Positions 9,223 through 19,863 of a stretch of 64,000 bases of DNA are shown in pieces. Origin of the DNA: a virus (Duplodnaviria; Caudoviricetes); the IMG/VR virus record IMGVR_UViG_3300020440_000010, positions 1 through 64,000 of that record. One strand, 5' to 3'. A program made the position numbers and the translations under genes. The notes beneath the pieces were generated by a model. The model made no database searches. It saw only the letters and a list, made by a program, of their open reading frames with translations, and was not told where the DNA came from. Positions within the stretch are counted from its first letter, which is position 1. Every line of letters starts with the position of its first letter.

Positions 9223-10793
9223 TGCCAAAAAAAATTGTTATAGTAGGAGGCGGATCCGCAGGTTGGATGTCCGCCACTACTTTTATTAGATGTTTTCCTG
9301 ATTGGGATATAAGCCTAATCGAGTCACCTAATATTCCTATTAGTGGAGTAGGTGAAAGTACACTTCAGTCTATCAATACATGGATGAGACTGGTAAAGAT
9401 CACAGACAAAGATTTTATGAAAGCCTGTGATGCTTCATATAAATTAAGCATAAAGTTTACAAATTTTTATAAGAATGGAGATGGTGGCTTCCATTATCCA
9501 TTTAGTGATCCTGATCTCGATGGTACAAGGTTTGGATTAAATGATTGGCACATAAAAAATATTTACAAAGGTCCTTTAGCAAGAAGCGATTATGCAGATA
9601 GTTTCTTTAGTTGTATGGCCTTGGTTAATCAAAACAAGTTCGACAAAAACACTAGCCTTGGATTGCCTAACTTTAGATACGGAAAGAACACATCATTTCA
9701 TTTTGATGCTACAAAGTTTGGTATATGGTTACGAGATAATATATGCGTCCCTGAAGGAGTTAAACATATACAAAGCACAGTCAATGAAGTAATACACGGC
9801 GAACATGGTATTCAAGCACTCAAATTAGATAATAAAGATTATGTCCAAGCAGATTTGTTTATAGATTGTACAGGTTTTAGAAGTAGACTACTAGGCGGAG
9901 AAATGAAAGTGCCGTTTACAAGTTTCGAAGATTACTTACCCAATAATAGAGCATGGGCAGTGCAAGTACCATATCTAAACAAGGAAGAACAATTGAAACC
10001 TTATACAGGTTGTCATGCACTTGGTAATGGTTGGGTATGGGATATACCTTTATGGAGTAGAATAGGTAAAGGTTATGTTTACAGTGATAAGTTTACAACG
10101 CCAGAAGATGCATTGACTGAACTTAAAGAGCATTTATCGACCCTTGGATACTCTCCTGAAACATTACAATTCAAAGACATTAAGATGCGAATAGGTATGC
10201 ACGAAAAGATGTGGGAAAAGAATGTTGTTGGAATAGGATTAAGTGCAGGCTTTATTGAACCATTAGAGTCAAATGGCTTGTTCGTGACACACGAATATCT
10301 AACAGAATTAATGCGTATACTTCAACGTGAAGAACATGATGATGAAATTGTTGCTACAGAGTTTGACAAAGGAGTTTACAATTTAAGGTGTACCAAAATG
10401 TTTACAGAGTTTACACATTTTGTTATACTGCATTACGCACTGTCGGCCAGACGTGATACCCCATATTGGAAAGCATTGACACAAAAAAACTATGATTGGG
10501 AACTATTGAATCCTCATTTAACAATTAGTTCTGGTATGAGATATTTGGCTATGGATAGAATGAGTAACAATGAATATCAACCCACAGGAGGCCCTCATTG
10601 TGTTGCTACAGGTTTAAATTGGATGCCTATAGATAGAATCAGTGAAGAAATAGATATCGATAAGTTGACTTCCTTAGAAATAGATAGTATAATAAAATAC
10701 TTAGATGATAGAAAAGAACGTTGGAATAATATGGTTAAGTCCGCTAGTTCTTTGAATCAATATTTAGGAAAGACAATATATGCAGATGAATAA
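9222..10793 (+). CDS. Flavin-dependent (tryptophan-halogenase/PrnA-like) halogenase 1
   Basis: GGGSAG FAD motif, GVGEST, catalytic-Lys segment ASYKLSIKF, WVWDIP, GFIEPLES. Confidence 0.88.
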   Translation: MPKKIVIVGGGSAGWMSATTFIRCFPDWDISLIESPNIPISGVGESTLQSINTWMRLVKITDKDFMKACDASYKLSIKFTNFYKNGDGGFHYPFSDPDLDGTRFGLNDWHIKNIYKGPLARSDYADSFFSCMALVNQNKFDKNTSLGLPNFRYGKNTSFHFDATKFGIWLRDNICVPEGVKHIQSTVNEVIHGEHGIQALKLDNKDYVQADLFIDCTGFRSRLLGGEMKVPFTSFEDYLPNNRAWAVQVPYLNKEEQLKPYTGCHALGNGWVWDIPLWSRIGKGYVYSDKFTTPEDALTELKEHLSTLGYSPETLQFKDIKMRIGMHEKMWEKNVVGIGLSAGFIEPLESNGLFVTHEYLTELMRILQREEHDDEIVATEFDKGVYNLRCTKMFTEFTHFVILHYALSARRDTPYWKALTQKNYDWELLNPHLTISSGMRYLAMDRMSNNEYQPTGGPHCVATGLNWMPIDRISEEIDIDKLTSLEIDSIIKYLDDRKERWNNMVKSASSLNQYLGKTIYADE

Positions 10794-12378
10794 GAAAATT
10801 GTAATTGTAGGCGGCGGCAGTGCAGGATGGATGACTGCTACTACCTTAGTGAAATTGTTTCCTAGTATGCACGTTACACTTGTAGAAAGTCCTAATATTC
10901 CAATTGCTGGTGTTGGTGAAAGCACAATAGCAGGAATTAATGAATGGATGAAACTTGTTGGCGTTGAAGATAAAGACTTTATGAAAGAAACAGATGCTAC
11001 ATATAAATTAAGCATCAAGTTCAATAATTTTTACAAACAAAATGACGGAGGATTTCATTATCCTTTTGCTTATCCAGATACAGAAGGTTGTGTATATGGA
11101 ACCAACGACTGGCACTATAAGAAACTAAAGTATCCAGAAACTCCCAATAGCGATTATGCAAATTGTTTTAGTAGTGCTATGGCATTGGTAAATGAAAACA
11201 AATTTGATAAGAACATAGATAACAAGTTACCAAGTTACAGATATGGAATAGACACAGCCTATCACTTCGATGCTACTAAATTTGGACTATGGTTAAGAGA
11301 TAAAATTTGTATACCTGGAGGTGTTGAACACATCACAGAAGAAGTTAACAATGTTCTATATGAAAAAGGCAAAGGTGTAAAAGGTTTAGTGTTGGGCAGT
11401 AATCTTGTTGTGCAAGGAGACTTGTATATTGACTGCACAGGATTTAGATCTTTGTTGCTAGATAAAACACTTAAAGAACCTTTTGAATCGTTTGCTCATA
11501 TGCTACCTAATAATAGAGCATGGGCAACTAGAATGCCATACACAGATAAAAGAAAACAGATGGAACCATTCACAGACTGTACTGCCTATAACAATGGTTG
11601 GATATGGAATATTCCATTGTGGAGTAGAATTGGTACAGGATATGTTTACAGTGATAAACACATTACTCCTGAACAAAGTTTAAATGAATTTAAAATGTAT
11701 CTAAGTGCAAAGCATGATGTAAACGTAGATGATTTAGAGTACAGAGATATTAAAATGCGTATAGGTATGCATGATAGGATCTGGGTTGAAAATGTATGTG
11801 CTATTGGATTGAGTGCAGGATTTATAGAACCACTAGAATCAAACGGATTATACACAGTTCATATGTTCTTGGTTGCCTTTGCTAGAACATTATTAAGAAG
11901 TGAAGGTAAACAAAATCATGTAGCAAGTAGATTTGATATAGATAGTTTCAACATGATTACTAATAAAATGTTCAAAGACTTTGCAGGCTTTGTGGCCATG
12001 CACTATGCTCTTACTCAAAGAACAGACAATCAATATTGGTTAGACAACTATAATAGAAATTATGAATATGATCTACTAGATGAAAACAATCCTTTCATAC
12101 ATGAACTTAAACTGTATGGTGTTGATCGTATGAAACACATGAATCTTACAGGCAATGGTTGGCCAGATATCGCAACAGGTATGGGATACAATCCTATTGA
12201 TAGAATAAGCGAAAAGATTGTTCCTGAAATGTATGAACTTAAAGATCATCATTATGATAGAATTATCAAACATCTTGACGATAGAAAAGCACGTTGGAAA
12301 GAAATCGTAAAGCATTGTCCTACCATGTATGACTACTTAAATACTACTATATTCAAGGACGTGGACAATGACAGTTGA
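10786..12378 (+). CDS. Flavin-dependent halogenase 2, tandem paralogue
   Basis: GGGSAG, ATYKLSIKF, WIWNIP, GFIEPLES; collinear with 9222..10793. Confidence 0.88.
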   Translation: MNKKIVIVGGGSAGWMTATTLVKLFPSMHVTLVESPNIPIAGVGESTIAGINEWMKLVGVEDKDFMKETDATYKLSIKFNNFYKQNDGGFHYPFAYPDTEGCVYGTNDWHYKKLKYPETPNSDYANCFSSAMALVNENKFDKNIDNKLPSYRYGIDTAYHFDATKFGLWLRDKICIPGGVEHITEEVNNVLYEKGKGVKGLVLGSNLVVQGDLYIDCTGFRSLLLDKTLKEPFESFAHMLPNNRAWATRMPYTDKRKQMEPFTDCTAYNNGWIWNIPLWSRIGTGYVYSDKHITPEQSLNEFKMYLSAKHDVNVDDLEYRDIKMRIGMHDRIWVENVCAIGLSAGFIEPLESNGLYTVHMFLVAFARTLLRSEGKQNHVASRFDIDSFNMITNKMFKDFAGFVAMHYALTQRTDNQYWLDNYNRNYEYDLLDENNPFIHELKLYGVDRMKHMNLTGNGWPDIATGMGYNPIDRISEKIVPEMYELKDHHYDRIIKHLDDRKARWKEIVKHCPTMYDYLNTTIFKDVDNDS

Positions 12379-13021
12379 AGTAGTAACACAAAAAGTTGAA
12401 GGAAAAGAAGAGTCTTTTATGGAGTTTGAAAACTTTCTCCATGAGGTTGACTATGAAAAAATTTTAAAGCACGTTGACGATGCTGACTTGCCTTGGCATT
12501 GGAACACTAAGACAGCAGGCAAAATCAGTTTGCCTAATCTACCACAAATAAGAGATTGTGGACAGTTTGTTCACATTTTACATGATAGTAGACAAATGGG
12601 ATTTTCACCCTATGAGCAAATAGCAGAACTTATCACACAAGGACTAACAAAACATTTACAAATGGACGTGGATGTTGTTGATAGAATAAAACTTAATTGT
12701 ATGGTTCCGCAACCTAATTGGGAACGCAGTCAGTTTAATATGCCACACTGCGACAAGCATTTAGAAGGTGGAGAAGATGTAAACTATCTAACTGCAATTT
12801 ACTATATCACAGACAGTGACGGTCCGACCTATTTCTTTAACAAATATTGGGGAGACAGTTTTGAAGATATGGAGGTAGAAGATTACTGCATACCTAAAAA
12901 GAATAAACTCATATTATTTCACAGCACCAAGTATCATACAAGCAGTCCGCCAATGAAGTATGACAGAAGAATTGTTGTGAATGCAGTATATAAAGTGAAG
13001 GAAAAGAATGACAACGTATAA
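12368..13021 (+). CDS. Putative 2OG-Fe(II) oxygenase
   Basis: MPHCD..AIYYI.DSDGPT.FF..ILFHS.KYHTSSPP...RIVVN. Confidence 0.75.
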   Translation: MTVEVVTQKVEGKEESFMEFENFLHEVDYEKILKHVDDADLPWHWNTKTAGKISLPNLPQIRDCGQFVHILHDSRQMGFSPYEQIAELITQGLTKHLQMDVDVVDRIKLNCMVPQPNWERSQFNMPHCDKHLEGGEDVNYLTAIYYITDSDGPTYFFNKYWGDSFEDMEVEDYCIPKKNKLILFHSTKYHTSSPPMKYDRRIVVNAVYKVKEKNDNV

Positions 13022-13697
13022 TAAATGGCAAACACCTTTCTATGTTGGTGAAGTTAAAGACCACGCGAAAGTTGTGGATGCTTTCATGCCATTTATTTTA
13101 AAAGAAAAGGATTACTTTCATGCACCTTGGACGTTAGCAAATTGTTTATCAAGTTGTCATCATGAACTTAACGCACAGATGCCGTGGGATATATGGTGGG
13201 ACGCAGTATCGCCAAACTTTGCAGAATACCTAAACAGTCTAGAACCTGTTGCAGACTATGAAATTAAATTATTAGACAGTTGGTGTAATATTTACAAGGA
13301 AGGCGGTTTCCAAGAAATACACGATCATTCTGCACCTAAGAATAATTTCAGTTGCAGTTACTTTTTTGAATATCCAGACGATACTGTTACTGGCGGCGAA
13401 CTTATATTGGAAAATACAAAGTTCACAGATATTACTGCTACCGGACTAGAAAACAAATTTAAAAGTTTCAATCAAAAATGTTTTATACCTAATGTAAAGA
13501 GCGGAATCATAGTAATATTTCCTAGTTGGATAAAACACTTTACTAGTCCTAACAAAAGTAAAAAACGAAGAACAACGTTTAGTGCTAATGTTGAAATAGA
13601 AACTAGGTTTACTCCAGAACAGATGCAAAAGTTTCCTATACAAGGTAGTGTGGGCGACTTTAATTTTAACTATCTAGGAGAAAATGATGCTAACTGA
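13008..13697 (+). CDS. Putative 2OG-Fe(II) oxygenase (TIGR02466-like)
   Basis: WCNIY..GGFQEIHDH, FSCSYF, IFPSWIKH, RTTFSAN. Confidence 0.8.
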   Translation: MTTYNKWQTPFYVGEVKDHAKVVDAFMPFILKEKDYFHAPWTLANCLSSCHHELNAQMPWDIWWDAVSPNFAEYLNSLEPVADYEIKLLDSWCNIYKEGGFQEIHDHSAPKNNFSCSYFFEYPDDTVTGGELILENTKFTDITATGLENKFKSFNQKCFIPNVKSGIIVIFPSWIKHFTSPNKSKKRRTTFSANVEIETRFTPEQMQKFPIQGSVGDFNFNYLGENDAN

Positions 13698-14319
13698 AGC
13701 AACACCCTGGCCTAGTATTATACACAAGGCACACTATGATGGTGACCTTAGCAAAATTGTAAGCAAGGTAAGAGCAGAACACATAAACGTACAACCTAAC
13801 ATAGGTGTAATGCAAGGTGGCGGCAAAACTAGTGTACGCAATCAAAAGACTCCGCCTCATACTTGGCAAGAAACTGTTGACCTAATGGAATGGTTTAAAC
13901 CTATCGTAGCAGAGTTGTGGAGCAAGTTTGAATATACAGAAGCAACTTTATCAATATTAAAAAGTTGGACAAACATACAACGTAACAAAGCATACGTAGA
14001 AGAACATGATCATGGTGGTTGTCATTTCGCAGTAAGTATGTATTTAGAAAAGCCTGAGGGCAGTGGTAACATACAATTTAGAAATATGAATTTACCTTTA
14101 CAAAACAACACACCTAAGAAATGGAAACAAGCAGGTATTAATGATTACTTTACAGAAGTAGAAGCAGTGACAGGAGATGCACTTATATTTCCTGGTTGGT
14201 TAAGTCACAGGGTACCACCTAATCCTACAGACCAAGAACGTATTGTTTTAAGTTTTAACATACATGGAATATGTGAAGGATCACCAACTTTAATTGGAAC
14301 GGCAAAAGAGGATGTATGA
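13684..14319 (+). CDS. Putative 2OG-Fe(II) oxygenase (TIGR02466-like)
   Basis: SWTN..EEHDH, P.GSGNIQF, FPGWLSHRV, RIVLSFN. Confidence 0.8.
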   Translation: MMLTEATPWPSIIHKAHYDGDLSKIVSKVRAEHINVQPNIGVMQGGGKTSVRNQKTPPHTWQETVDLMEWFKPIVAELWSKFEYTEATLSILKSWTNIQRNKAYVEEHDHGGCHFAVSMYLEKPEGSGNIQFRNMNLPLQNNTPKKWKQAGINDYFTEVEAVTGDALIFPGWLSHRVPPNPTDQERIVLSFNIHGICEGSPTLIGTAKEDV

Positions 14320-14834
14320 TAACCAAAAAAGAATTTTCAAAAGTGTTAACAAACCCAGAGTGGTTTATTCAAGGATCAATTTATACAATCATTGATGGTA
14401 AAGATGCTAGAGTAAATGAAACTTATAAATCCTACACAGATTACATAAGCAATTTGCCTACACTTATAGAAAACAAAACAGTCTTTAAAATACAAGACCT
14501 TGAAAAGTTTAACAGTGGCATTGTAAAAAAATGTTCACAGTTATTTGATGTATGGAAAAAGCCTGTGAACTGTCATGCCTATTGGGGTTATGCTGATACA
14601 ACAAGTTTCGATAAACACACAGACCCCTGTGAAGTTTGCATTTACATCTGTGAAGGTAATAAGCAAATAGATTTAGATCAACAACAGAGTATATTACGCG
14701 AAGGACAACACTTGTACATTAAAGCAAATCAGCCACACGCCGCTCGAAATATTACAGATTGTTTAAGCCTAAGTTTTGGCACTGAAGACTTTTCAGAAAG
14801 TTATTGTACTACAGGAATGGATATAAGTTTATGA
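14316..14834 (+). CDS. Cupin/JmjC-like oxygenase
   Basis: NCHAY...SFDKHTDPCEV...EG.K...LYI...PHAA. Confidence 0.7.
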   Translation: MITKKEFSKVLTNPEWFIQGSIYTIIDGKDARVNETYKSYTDYISNLPTLIENKTVFKIQDLEKFNSGIVKKCSQLFDVWKKPVNCHAYWGYADTTSFDKHTDPCEVCIYICEGNKQIDLDQQQSILREGQHLYIKANQPHAARNITDCLSLSFGTEDFSESYCTTGMDISL

Positions 14835-15910
14835 AAGATCTAATGATATATCTTAAGACTACAGAAACCTGTAATCTAAATTGTGCCCATTGTTTTACTA
14901 GTGGTATAAATGGACGTAAGATATATTTTGATACAGATAAAATTATTGATTGGTTCAAACGAATGAAAGAAGTGTTTCCTAGTTTTAGATCAGCACACAT
15001 AGACTTTCATGGTGGTGAACCTTTCCTTGCACCTATTAAAGATATGCAAAAAGTTTATGATGAAGTAAGCACACTTTATCCTGAAATGAGTTGGGGAACT
15101 ACAACTAATCTTGTGTATAAACTTACCGATGAAAAATTAAATTTTATGCGAACTGCATTAAACAAACGTGTAGGTACAAGTTGGGATCCTAAGATTAGAT
15201 TTGCTAATGACAAACAAAAAGAACTTTGGGAGAATAACGTTAGAACTTTAATTGCAGACGGATTTACAATAAAACTATTTGTAAGTATGAGTCGTGATGT
15301 AACTAACACAGACCCAAAAGAAATATTAGACTATGCAATAGGATTAGGAATACAAGAAATAGATTTTGAAAGGATTACACTAGATGGAAATGCCACAAAG
15401 AATTTAGCACTATGGCCTAGCAACAAAGAATTAGATGCTTGGTTTTTAGAGTATCACGAAGTAATTAAAAAGTACGATATGCGGGAAAAGATATATAATA
15501 CCTTTATGGAAAACATTTATGCCAAATTTGAACTAGGATTTCCTGATGCAGGAACATGGTGTAGAAACTGTGAGCAGAAGATGTTTACCTTAAATGCAGA
15601 TGGTACAATCGCAGGCTGTCCAAATTCAGCACCTAATGATCACTATGGGCATATAGATATGCCAATATATGAACTACTATTAAGTCCAAAAAGACGTAAT
15701 ATAATCGCCTGTGAAACTGCTAGAGACCCTAGATGCTTTGAATGTCCAGTATTTGACGTATGTGGCAGTGACTGTCACCAACTAGAATGGGAAGGTGATG
15801 TGTGTGCGTCGCCAAAAACACTCATGATGAAACTGAAAGATGATATAAATACACATACATTAAACAAAAAAGCGAAGTTTAACGAGAGATTATTAAAGGT
15901 ACATAACTGA
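14831..15910 (+). CDS. Radical SAM/SPASM protein 1
   Basis: CNLNCAHC, FHGGEP, and C-terminal CRNC..GTIAGCP..CFECPVFDVCGSDC..C; start moved to MKDLMIY. Confidence 0.92.
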   Translation: MKDLMIYLKTTETCNLNCAHCFTSGINGRKIYFDTDKIIDWFKRMKEVFPSFRSAHIDFHGGEPFLAPIKDMQKVYDEVSTLYPEMSWGTTTNLVYKLTDEKLNFMRTALNKRVGTSWDPKIRFANDKQKELWENNVRTLIADGFTIKLFVSMSRDVTNTDPKEILDYAIGLGIQEIDFERITLDGNATKNLALWPSNKELDAWFLEYHEVIKKYDMREKIYNTFMENIYAKFELGFPDAGTWCRNCEQKMFTLNADGTIAGCPNSAPNDHYGHIDMPIYELLLSPKRRNIIACETARDPRCFECPVFDVCGSDCHQLEWEGDVCASPKTLMMKLKDDINTHTLNKKAKFNERLLKVHN

Positions 15911-16467
15911 TGGCAACACTAACAAATCCAATTAGAAAGCAGAATCTAGTAGATAGATTCGCTGATTTTGTGGCTAATCACAACAATAGCCAAATTGTAT
16001 GGGGAACAAACAGTAAACCATTTTCACAGATGCCTGACAGTGAATTTACAGGTTCAACAGCAGGTAGATCAATAGGCATCACAGGTGCAAGTATTACAGG
16101 GGATACCATTGATTCAAGCAATATGATCTCTGCATTAGAAGGTGAAGCATATCAATATACAAGAATACGTAAGATGAGAGCAAGGCTGTTGATGCAGACG
16201 TCGGGCACAGGTGAAGCAAATCCAAGAGTAGATTTCAATCAAACACAAGTTGCTTATTTGGCCGCGGCCAGAAGACTAACACTTGATGGTATCAATGCTT
16301 CGACTGTTGAAGAAGATGATCTAGTAAGTGTTACTGGTCTTGAAACTTATTTTGCAGACCTACAAAGAGAAATGAACGAGAAGAGGGATACAACATATAA
16401 CAAGGACGTAACAATCTGTCACAGCAGTTGTCACAGTAATTGTCATGCTTCAAGAGGCAGAAGATAA
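15910..16467 (+). CDS. Candidate radical-SAM substrate: 185-aa protein ending in a Cys-His repeat (CHSSCHSNCHASRGRR)
   Basis: Coupled to rSAM1 by TGATG; the only Cys and most His residues sit in the C-terminal (CHxx)3 repeat at 16417-16452. Confidence 0.7.
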   Translation: MATLTNPIRKQNLVDRFADFVANHNNSQIVWGTNSKPFSQMPDSEFTGSTAGRSIGITGASITGDTIDSSNMISALEGEAYQYTRIRKMRARLLMQTSGTGEANPRVDFNQTQVAYLAAARRLTLDGINASTVEEDDLVSVTGLETYFADLQREMNEKRDTTYNKDVTICHSSCHSNCHASRGRR

Positions 16468-17201
16468 TGCAGAAAACCACAATCGCTCCTATTCCGTTAG
16501 AAGATCTAAAAGAATATTTTGCTAACAAAGAATTAACATTTTTAATAGATTACGAAAACAGTACACTTAAAGGTGAAAAGTTTCTAACTTATCTTAGCAA
16601 CCTAGATGTACCATGTGATGTAGTGCTTGGTAAGGACAAAGATAGTATACTAGAACTTGTTGAAGTGTATATGAATACTAGAATGCTTGTGAAATTACCC
16701 ACTTTAGAAATTATTGTGTTACAGATCCTAATGGCTAGCAAAGAAATAGATAATGGTTTGTACTATGACAATAAAATATTTTCTTTTGATGAATTAAAGC
16801 AGTTTGTCAAAGATAACAGTGAACTTGTAAACAAGTGGTTAGTTGGTTTAGTGAGTGGCTCACTGTTTAATATACATTGTATCAATGACGACAAGATCAA
16901 AGAATCACTTGATGATTTTGAAAAGGTAGAGGATGATCAATTTTGCGGTATCAACTATGCTAACCTTTACAAATATGAAGAATTATATGAAATATTTCCT
17001 ATGGTATCAATGGAAGATAGAAAGTTTTTAGTAAAACAGTTTACAGAACCTATGTTTAAAGGCGAATCTTTATACAATTATTGGTTCGTTCCTGGTAATG
17101 TAGTCGCTTTAATTACGGAAGCAGTCAGTGTCGGAGCATGGGATAAAGATAAATATTTAAAAGCAAAGGAAGAGAGCGTCAAAAATGTACCTACTGTTTG
17201 A
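16467..17201 (+). CDS. Hypothetical protein in the rSAM cluster
   Basis: Start moved to MQKTTIAP (TAATG overlap). Confidence 0.75.
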   Translation: MQKTTIAPIPLEDLKEYFANKELTFLIDYENSTLKGEKFLTYLSNLDVPCDVVLGKDKDSILELVEVYMNTRMLVKLPTLEIIVLQILMASKEIDNGLYYDNKIFSFDELKQFVKDNSELVNKWLVGLVSGSLFNIHCINDDKIKESLDDFEKVEDDQFCGINYANLYKYEELYEIFPMVSMEDRKFLVKQFTEPMFKGESLYNYWFVPGNVVALITEAVSVGAWDKDKYLKAKEESVKNVPTV

Positions 17202-18276
17202 TAGAGTTTATGTAAAACCAATGTATATGCTGGACATGGAACGTCCACGTGTTATTATTTCGCCTGATGCTTCATCTGAACTATTAGACGGCATTGAAAC
17301 CAAGTTTAGAAACTTAGGTGAAATGTTTTACAATGTCGACGGATACAATCAATTAGTGGGTGGCGAAGGTGAATTCGCAGATGACAAAGAGTTTTTCAAT
17401 TGGTTGCTTGACAAAGGTAGAGTTGATGTGTTTGTTGACAGCAACGCATATCATAAAATATTTGTTAAGTGGATTAAAATTATGTATCCTGATATACAAA
17501 AAGAACTTGCTTGGAAAATATATTCATTAGTGTCTACGCATACTAGACTTACTGTAAGATCAATGTTTACTTGGGGTACAGATAACGAAGGTGTTGATGC
17601 ACAAAAAACTCAAGCAAATGAATTTAAATGGCTTACACAAGATCAATTCCAAGGTTTATTTAAAACAGTACAGGTAGTAAAAGACAATGCGTTAGTGGGT
17701 AGAGTAAGAGCAAAAGCACCTATGGAATTTATTGTGGCTGGTAAGTTAAATGGTAAAACTACTTATGATGAGGCTTTAAAACAAAAAATGTATGCAATAG
17801 GTATTAAAAAAGTAAGAGATGAAATGAATCACGTTAAAAATCATTTACTACATAATATTAATAAAGCATGGGTACAAAAATTAGTTGGAGTTTCATACAC
17901 TGCTGGTGATGATCTTTTTGCACTTAAAGGCACAAATGCCAAAATTGATTTTCTATTAGACGAAATGTCTGAAGATGCATTATCAACTCATGATGTAGAC
18001 ATAGCAGATTTAAGAGAAGGTGCTCTTACTGAAGCAGGTGCACCAGATGGAGATTCAGATATTGGATTACCAACTTGGTTTATTAAAGCATTACAGAGTT
18101 CTTCAGGATCTATAGATTCAGCAACACTTGATAAAATTATTGAGTTTGAAGTGAACAATGTTATCAGTTTATTTGAAGTAGATGATAGAGCAAAAGTAAA
18201 TGTGATGTTATTAAATTACTTTTATAATCTTAAAAATAACAACACAGACGAATTAGCACACTATTCAATAGGCTAA
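17185..18276 (+). CDS. Hypothetical protein in the rSAM cluster
   Basis: 363-aa ORF overlapping the preceding gene. Confidence 0.75.
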   Translation: MYLLFDRVYVKPMYMLDMERPRVIISPDASSELLDGIETKFRNLGEMFYNVDGYNQLVGGEGEFADDKEFFNWLLDKGRVDVFVDSNAYHKIFVKWIKIMYPDIQKELAWKIYSLVSTHTRLTVRSMFTWGTDNEGVDAQKTQANEFKWLTQDQFQGLFKTVQVVKDNALVGRVRAKAPMEFIVAGKLNGKTTYDEALKQKMYAIGIKKVRDEMNHVKNHLLHNINKAWVQKLVGVSYTAGDDLFALKGTNAKIDFLLDEMSEDALSTHDVDIADLREGALTEAGAPDGDSDIGLPTWFIKALQSSSGSIDSATLDKIIEFEVNNVISLFEVDDRAKVNVMLLNYFYNLKNNNTDELAHYSIG

Positions 18277-18307
18277 TACACTTTTCAACAACCCCATAAA
18301 TATCTAT

Positions 18308-18865
18308 ATGATAGAAAAACACTGGGCAACACCTATCTATTCTCATCAGTATAATGATGACGATGATTGGAATCACAAATTAGACATTTTGCTAAAAGCC
18401 AAAATGACTGATATGAAATCAGAAGGGCATACTAATATTGCTGATGTCAATGTTAGTTTCAAACCATTTCCTGATATCATGGATAGATTCAAAACTGCGT
18501 TTGATGAACTTTGTGATGTGTATGAACACCCAAAAAATTATAATATAACTGATCTAAATATAATCAATCCTATGAATTTTGGAGATTACAAAAGCGTTCA
18601 CTCACATGATAAGATTGATGCTTTTGGAATTTTCTATGTTGATGTGGGTACAGAAACATCAGGCGGACATTTAAAATTATATGATCCTAGATGGCAGAAT
18701 CAAAAATCATTTGTAGGATCCAAACCATACATGGAAATAGTTCCCAAGAAAGGATTGCTAATTGCCGCTCCTCATTATGTTTGGCACGAAGTCACTCCGT
18801 ATGTTGGGGACTTGACAAGATTAAGTTTAGTGTGTAATATGCAGTTTAACGAAATAGTAGAATGA
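18308..18865 (+). CDS. Putative 2OG-Fe(II) oxygenase (TIGR02466-like)
   Basis: SVHSHD, GGHLKLYDPR, PHYVWHEV, RLSLVCN. Confidence 0.78.
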   Translation: MIEKHWATPIYSHQYNDDDDWNHKLDILLKAKMTDMKSEGHTNIADVNVSFKPFPDIMDRFKTAFDELCDVYEHPKNYNITDLNIINPMNFGDYKSVHSHDKIDAFGIFYVDVGTETSGGHLKLYDPRWQNQKSFVGSKPYMEIVPKKGLLIAAPHYVWHEVTPYVGDLTRLSLVCNMQFNEIVE

Positions 18866-19863
18866 TAGAACACAACATTATTACAAAAACTAACAAACGA
18901 AGTATCCTTGGCGAGATCATTGTGACTCTGTTTGAGCAGTGTAATATGAGTTGTAAATTTTGTAATCAAGATCATAACAGCAAAGTAGGAATGGATACTA
19001 TCAAAGACAAGTTACCGGTAGTAAAACGTGCAATAGAAAACATGAGCAAAACTAGAGAAATGTTTAGTGTGCATTTTATGGGCGGTGAAGTGTTTAGTGA
19101 TTTAGTACCTGACAGTTGTTTTGATGATTACAAATATCTAGCAGACGAACTAGAAGCATGGAGTAAAGAAAACAACTACGATGTAGAAATATGCTTTACT
19201 ACAAACTTTGTATATGAACAAACACATAGACTACAAAAACTACTAGACCAATGTCCACAGGTAAAATTGTTAACCAGTTACGATCCTAGTGGACGTTTTG
19301 GCCTAGGTCAATTAAATGTATTTAAAAAGAATGTAATAGCATTTGAAAAGTATATTAAGAGTGCAAATGTAATAATGACTAAACCTAATATAGATAAGTT
19401 CTTAAAAGGCAATACACCTTTCTTTGATTATCTCTATGATAGGTATGACATTTATTTTGATTATTACACACCAGAAAAGAATAGAAAGTTGATGACTCCT
19501 AATGATGTTCAATTGCGTGACTTTATGATTTATATGTTTGACAACTATCCTAACTGTTTGCCATTCAAAGATTATCCTAGTAAAATTAAAAAACGTATGA
19601 CTTGCCAAGATACATTTACAATAATGCCAAGTGGCGATGCAGGCGGCTGTACTATTTTGTTATCACAAGATTTATCAGGGTACAAACCAACCAAAGAAGA
19701 AATGGAACAAAAATGGTTTGACGATTATAATTGTTTAGAATGTCCACACTTTCAGAGATGTTCAATGGGTTGTTTTTTAAGCAATCATCTAAAAAGTTTT
19801 AGAACACAGGAAGTGTGTTGGTTATCGGAGGTTTACGATTATGTTGATTCAAAAGAAGTTTGA
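18862..19863 (+). CDS. Radical SAM/SPASM protein 2
   Basis: CNMSCKFC, FMGGE, and C-terminal CQ..GGC..CLECPHFQRCSMGC..C. Confidence 0.9.
   Translation: MIEHNIITKTNKRSILGEIIVTLFEQCNMSCKFCNQDHNSKVGMDTIKDKLPVVKRAIENMSKTREMFSVHFMGGEVFSDLVPDSCFDDYKYLADELEAWSKENNYDVEICFTTNFVYEQTHRLQKLLDQCPQVKLLTSYDPSGRFGLGQLNVFKKNVIAFEKYIKSANVIMTKPNIDKFLKGNTPFFDYLYDRYDIYFDYYTPEKNRKLMTPNDVQLRDFMIYMFDNYPNCLPFKDYPSKIKKRMTCQDTFTIMPSGDAGGCTILLSQDLSGYKPTKEEMEQKWFDDYNCLECPHFQRCSMGCFLSNHLKSFRTQEVCWLSEVYDYVDSKEV

Noticed and set aside
15908-15912. UGA read-through or selenocysteine fusing rSAM1 to the CH-repeat protein
   Set aside because: The downstream ATG is in a different frame (ordinary TGATG coupling), and no SECIS-like hairpin is evident.
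16417-16452. CHSSCH as a c-type heme-binding motif
   Set aside because: Spacing is CxxxCH rather than CxxCH, and the protein has no export signal for cytochrome c maturation.
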